This document shows, piece after piece, positions 36,328-40,055 of a stretch of DNA of 40,055 nucleotides (position 1 is the first letter of the stretch; each line of letters opens with the position of its first letter). This DNA is from Catajapyx aquilonaris (lineage: Eukaryota). The stretch covers positions 1 to 40,055 of the forward strand of contig JYFJ02003572.1 in assembly GCA_000934665.2 (NCBI GenBank), written 5' to 3'. Under the pieces are notes generated by a model. The model ran no database searches. It worked only from the letters and a program-made list of their open reading frames with translations, and was not told the DNA's origin. A program made the position numbers and the translations under genes.

Positions 36328-39300
36328 ATATTCTGCAAATAAATGGCCAAATCATTCCCAAATTTTACGACATTACAGGAGGGGATACACACCCATTACA
36401 AACGTAGAACAGTGACTGACGGAATGATACAGCCTCATCCTTTATCAACTTTCGCATTATGACCATGCAATTTGGAGCACGAATCCTCAAGAATGATCCC
36501 ACTCCCGACCATAAAAAGAGGCAAGAAGACCATAAATAAGCATTGGATCAAATAGAAGCTGCGGGCTTCCTCTCGTTTCATTTCACATGTCGGCGGTAAT
36601 CCAGTCAGTCTGGGGCCGACTGGCATTCACTGCCAAGGGAAACGTCCAGTTTTGTCCGACTCAAAAGCGGAGCGTATACTCACCTTGTGTGGATGGGTGG
36701 CTGCCCTGACTGACTGGATGGGTACACCATATACACTATCGGATTATCGTTGGGAAGAGGGGGGGTTATGCGGACCTGGGGAAAAAAACTGATGAATTTC
36801 AAAATGGACTGCTTCAGGTCGTAAGCTCGAATATCTTTCAGGCCCTGTCGGGCCAGGAAAAACGGCCCGAGCAATGATAGCGGGGCCATTGTTTCTAAGC
36901 TTCGTCCAGGGTTTTTTGGGTGGAAAAAAGATTGAAGCACAATGGCCTGAAATGGCTCGGTGTAATGTAGGCGAGAGCATGCGCCGCACGTGTTAAGTAG
37001 GACTTGAGAGTGGTCTTACTGCAGTGGCTGTAGATGATTGAATTGCTCATATTATGGACTAGTTATATCCGTATTATACACAAAAAAACGGGTTGCAACC
37101 GCAAGGTAAGGAGGCGAAACAACTTGGCAAAAATTACCATAAGCGATATTATGATAGTCTCGAAGTTTGCCTGTTGCAACATCCGAAACAACAGAATACG
37201 TCACAATTATGCATCGGGGCATCACCTGTGTGGGACATACATAATTATATAGGCGTGAGAATGCAGTGGTGTTTTGTTTGTCGCCTCGTCTCTCATGGTT
37301 CCGCACGGTAGCTCCAACATTTTTCTTGAATTTCAAGTGAGCGAGGGACGTCCAAACAATCGCACTTGATTTGAAGGCTAGTGTTTCGAAAAACGACCAC
37401 ACATTGAGTCGAGTTTCCAGCTCCAGGCTCTCAATTGACGATGGAAGAATATTGTTGCGGAGAGCTGGCGTAAAAATACCGGACCGTGTCAATTTGATGC
37501 CCTGAAGCCAAATCAGGTCTTACAGGGCCTTTGTGGCACATTTGTTTCGTTTTACACGTAAAATCCAGGTTCGAATTCGGATTAGTGTACAGTACAGGTT
37601 GGTATGCAGTGAACACTAATCAATACTTAGAGCTATATCATCAATCGGATCAATTTTTCAAACCATGAATTTACATGTAATCCAATGCAATGTGGAATAT
37701 TGAGTTGAAAAATTGAGCGATTCGTATGTCTGTGTTGTTGGAAGATGGGCATGGAAAAGTGTCTGCTCAACTTTCAACTTTAGCCTGGAGCTCTGGGATT
37801 CTCTTTTCGTTCTATGCATGGGAAAATATATTTTTCAATTCAAGGCGCCAATCAATTTATTGCATCGGTGGAATAGTGAAACGTATAGATCTATCCTTCA
37901 GGAGAGGCTATCTCCAATTCCCGAAGGCGAGAAGTCGCAAAAAATATACATATAGAGGATAGGTTGACGGAACCGTTTGAGAGGGATGAAGTTGCCGATT
38001 TGGTTACTGCTATCATCCTTTTCCACAATATATACATGTATTATCACTCTTGGTATTATATGTTCCTTCCTTCCAAATACCCTGCAGCCATTTTCCATTG
38101 TTCTTCTAAAACTTCTGTGCACCCGAGAATCATCTGCACTTGCACTATTTTCAAACAGGCAGGACACTTTTAAACGCTTGACGGCTTGGCACTCACTGAG
38201 CGAATTAAAACTTGCTAACGGTGCTGAAAAAAAATAGTAACAAACAGCGTGTTCGCATGGCACGCTTCCATTCGGACGTCCAAAAGTAGGGGGAATTAAA
38301 AATTTTGATGTCACAATGGAATTTTGTTGTAAGCTCCTAACTAGTGTTCAACACACAAAATAAGTGTAGTAAATAGCAGAAGTCAATTTGGTCGTGACTT
38401 TTATTGCCTCACCTGTGGCTATGCCTGTTTTAAATTAAAGTGCCGCATATCTAGGGTTTGAACCTGGAAGATCTTATCATGTAAGCGCTCAATATTTTAA
38501 TGGATGAGTGACTTCAACCAGCTTTATACGTTATGATGCATGAACATTATTGACCTACCTGCCAACCATAATCATGTGAACCTGTGCGTGAATACACATA
38601 CCGTTATTCGTCTTCCACCAGGATTACAGTGTCTCTTAATAATATTTGCACGCATCCCTGGTGCACCTTAATTGCCAGTGGCATTTTTTTGCACTTGGAT
38701 GTAAGAGAATCAATGAATCTCGACAGCTTGAGCGGCATGCTGACTGACGAATCCATTCTTCTCCATCAGAGTCTTCAGTTAAGAAGCACGCAAAATCGCG
38801 AGACTGAGGTCAAGTGCATGTTCATTCACCTGATTAGACACCTGCATTTCCTTCATCTCCTTGAGCAGTTGAAAGTCTGTAGCACATGTCAATAAAAAAG
38901 TTTCGGACAAACGTATCCTGACAATACAATCATCTATATTTTTGTTTCAACTGTTATCATGAAGATTTAACCGGTATATGGTCAGGTGTAAGAGAAGTAA
39001 TTTGCATAGATAATTCGAGTTCAGAGAGGGAATTATGGCAAAATATATATCCAAATAATTGGCTTATTTTCATGGGATGTAGTGATTCTGGGAAGGTGCT
39101 TTGTTGTAGTTGGCATGTATCATGTGACCGAAGAGTTGGGTGGGTCATAATTGAGTGTGGCGAGCAAGGTCATTTACGAATGAACTTGTCAGAAGGTTGC
39201 TTTTAAAAAAGATTAGTAATCCCATACTGTCATGCACGGCGTATTGTGATAATACAACCGCACCGTTTATGGTGACTTCTATATTGTACGGACTCGATCC

Positions 39301-40055
39301 ACGTTTCGCATACTGTAATTCTGAGAGTTCGGAAAGACAGCCTGCTATGTGTTTTCAAGGCCGCATACAGTACGCTGTAGAAAGTGAAGTTTTTTTGGAC
39401 TTTTTTTCTACTCCAGAATGTCCCACGAGGTGCCGTGGGAATATACAGTGTGTTCTAATATTGTAATAATCTGCTTGTTATTAAGCAGTCACTTCCTAAC
39501 AGTTACATCCACGAGTTGTGAAATTATTAGCTCCTAATAGGCACTGTGGATTGATTAAACATTTCCCTCGGGTATCAATGGGTCAAAATGTGTCGGAAAT
39601 GTATTGCAATTGAGAATCTGAATAAAAGCTTCTACTAATTTTGGAAGCTAACCAAATCACACCTGGTTTTAGATTCCGCTTGTGTGCTCAATGGAAACGT
39701 TTGATTCTCATCACGCTTTGCCCGATAGCTTCTAAAAGAAACTGCTTAATAAAACGCAGTTTAAATTGTTAACAAAAAACTAACACAACGCGAACATTAA
39801 AAATTTTCTCTATACTCTTTGAGATTCCTTAGACCGCATCAGGAATCAATGCAGCCTGATATCGATATCATCTGCATGACTTTCTCGAACGAAATTTTTT
39901 CCTCACCCTGTGTATTCTAATTCTATAGGATCCTTTTCGCTTTCTTCTTTCCCATCAGATATGAATCGATGAGAGCGCAGGCGAGGTCCAGCACATCTGC
40001 AGAAACTGGGGGAGGGTTAGGGCGTTGGTTATTGTATCCGCACCATTTCCCCCCC

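Larger units (their letters stand above)
4747..40055 (+). other. Large intron of the FAM20C-like gene, probably running past the window end
   Basis: Starts GTAAAG. No recognisable FAM20 kinase motif (e.g. GGTQLK, ERHNAEIAAFHLD) seen downstream. The region is repeat-rich and non-coding in character. Small exons could have been missed by eye. Confidence 0.65.

Noticed and set aside
1..40055. CRISPR array, operon, prophage or other prokaryotic system
   Set aside because: No regularly spaced repeat-spacer array and very low coding density. The spliced gene, SINEs and MITEs indicate animal nuclear DNA.

Overview
Eukaryotic, almost certainly arthropod, genomic DNA. It contains one recognisable protein-coding exon: the first coding exon (4256-4746, +) of a FAM20C-family Golgi secretory-pathway Ser/Thr kinase, similar to Drosophila CG31145 (identified from remembered sequence, not a search). 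A GC/CpG-rich promoter and 5'UTR precede it, and a canonical GT donor follows. No kinase-domain exon is recognisable downstream, so the remaining ~35 kb is most simply one large intron. The non-coding DNA carries two related tRNA-derived SINEs (one with a 15-bp TSD), a young ~585-bp fold-back MITE with a TGA TSD, a ~220-bp near-loopless palindrome, several decayed Tc1/mariner-type MITEs and microsatellites. The other short ORFs in the track look spurious. I found no prokaryote-type system (no CRISPR, operon or phage). The most interesting observations are: a helically phased, symmetric cluster of nuclear-receptor half-sites (26821-26860); compensatory-looking conservation of a GUAA-tetraloop hairpin in the two SINE heads, which have different tails; long intronic inverted repeats that could form dsRNA; and uORFs in all three frames ahead of the kinase ATG.
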